A DNA stretch of 21,681 bases. Source: Chiloscyllium plagiosum (lineage: Eukaryota). A program made the translations under genes and the position numbers. Position 1 is the first letter of the stretch. Every line of letters starts with the position of its first letter. Location: positions 33,130,805-33,152,485 of the forward strand of contig NC_057720.1 of the NCBI RefSeq assembly GCF_004010195.1. The letters run 5' to 3'. This document shows positions 20,578-21,681 of the stretch, one piece after another. Below the pieces are notes generated by a model that was not told the origin of the DNA, did not search any database, and worked only from the letters and a program-made list of their open reading frames with translations.

Positions 20578-21187
20578 CAACATGGCAGCAGAGCAAGATG
20601 CTCCTGCTGGAGCTCCTCTGCTCCAGCTGTTCTTTTCCTGCCTTTTACTTTTTCTCTCTTTCTTTTGTCCTTCTTCTCTCCCCTCAGCACTGGAGGTAAA
20701 CAGTGGTACAGTGGCAGGTGTTGGCAGCAAGTCCCCAGAGCAGCAAGCCCTGATATAGACATGGACTACGAGACCTGGAACAGCACAGGTAGTGAGCCCT
20801 GGAGCATCGTGCAGGCAGCATATCCAAGCAGAGACTGGTGCAGGGGAGGCAGACTTGGCACTTAACTTGGAGCAGCTGAGTGCCGGTATGGAGTGGTCTG
20901 GGGCTTGGGGCAGAGCAGGCATGGCTGTTGATTTGGGGTCTGACCATGTGCGGAGCCCTACTCTGAGATGTTACACTGCAATGTCTCTTTGAAATTTACT
21001 TCCTTACTGTAATGCCAACCCTTTGATGATGTCCTGTTTTTAACTTATTTTCAATTCTGTAACAAATGCAACTACTTTTATTCCTCTGTTGTGTCCAAGA
21101 ATTGTACCTAGATGCTTGTGACCATAAGAACGTAGACATTGTAAAAGCCTTTCACTGTACTACAATGGAATTAATGTGACAATAAAA
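20578..21187 (+). mobile_element. Probable non-autonomous retroelement with a Rex1-type 3' tail
   Basis: Starts caacatggcagcag, has a GC-rich non-coding body, and ends aaagcctttcactgtac..gtgacAATAAA, matching the Rex1 3' end in this window (minus strand of 10335-10372: aaagcttttcactacgcc..gtgacaataaa). Confidence 0.6.
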
Positions 21188-21500
21188 GGATATTGTATCG
21201 GCTCATTGCCTTTACTTGACCAGGATGTTATTGTTCTTTAGACCTCCTCCAAAAGTGTCTGTAAGATTTACATTTAAATCCTCATCACACACACTGAACT
21301 GGAAGGCAGGATAGAGCAACAATAGGGTAAATGATGTGGAGTAGTGTTAAGTCAGGGTAGTATCCCTACTCCTTCTGGTTCCTCTGAAATGTTTATGAAA
21401 TTTAAAGCAAATCTCTTGATGGCAATTGCTGCTGAGGCCACAAAAACCAAGGAAGAATCTGATTTCCAATCTGACAGAGGGAACCTGACTCAGGATTTAG

Positions 21501-21681
21501 GTAAAAGTGAGGACTGCAGATGCTGGAAATCAGAATCTAGATTAGAGTGGCGCTGGAAAAGCACAGCAGGTCAGGCAGCATCTGAGGAGCAGGAAATTTG
21601 ATGTTTTGGGCAAAAGCCCTTCGTCATGAATGGGGTTTTGCCCAAAACGTCGATTTTCCTGCTCCTCAGATGCTGCCTGAC
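21501..21681. mobile_element. Penelope-like terminal fold-back with degenerate hammerhead cores (runs off the window)
   Basis: Inverted arms 21570-21619 / 21632-21681 (4 mismatches in 50). Minus strand ATGACGA-AGGGC-TTTT-GCCC-AAAAC-ATC; plus strand ..GCCC-AAAAC-GTC. Confidence 0.8.

Noticed and set aside
20474..20992. Six overlapping short ORFs
   Set aside because: GC-rich, low-complexity body of a probable non-autonomous repeat, with no domain motifs.

Overview
Repeat-dense, CpG-depleted vertebrate DNA with no host protein-coding exon that I can support. The repeat families resemble those of sharks, possibly a carpet or bamboo shark; this is recalled family knowledge, not a database search. 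Most of the window is decayed and often nested retroelements: many CR1/HER1-type LINE fragments, an L2 fragment, a Rex1/Babar 3' end with a probable non-autonomous partner, tRNA-derived SINE pieces, and four Penelope-type terminal fragments (two fold-backs) with degenerate hammerhead-ribozyme cores. A fossil PIF/Harbinger transposase lies at about 10135-11560 (-). The most structured object is a 1982-bp miniature endogenous retrovirus on the minus strand (15382-17363), inserted into a CR1. It has TG..CA ends, a 4-bp ACAG target-site duplication, two LTRs about 89% identical, a polypurine tract, an env transmembrane remnant and a possible gag start. Its leader is an array of 15 tRNA T-arm/B-box motifs (GGTTCGAGTCC) whose stems co-vary. 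A second notable object is a LINE that can be rebuilt across a three-level nest at 1-2603; it appears to carry a tRNA-derived head directly upstream of its endonuclease.
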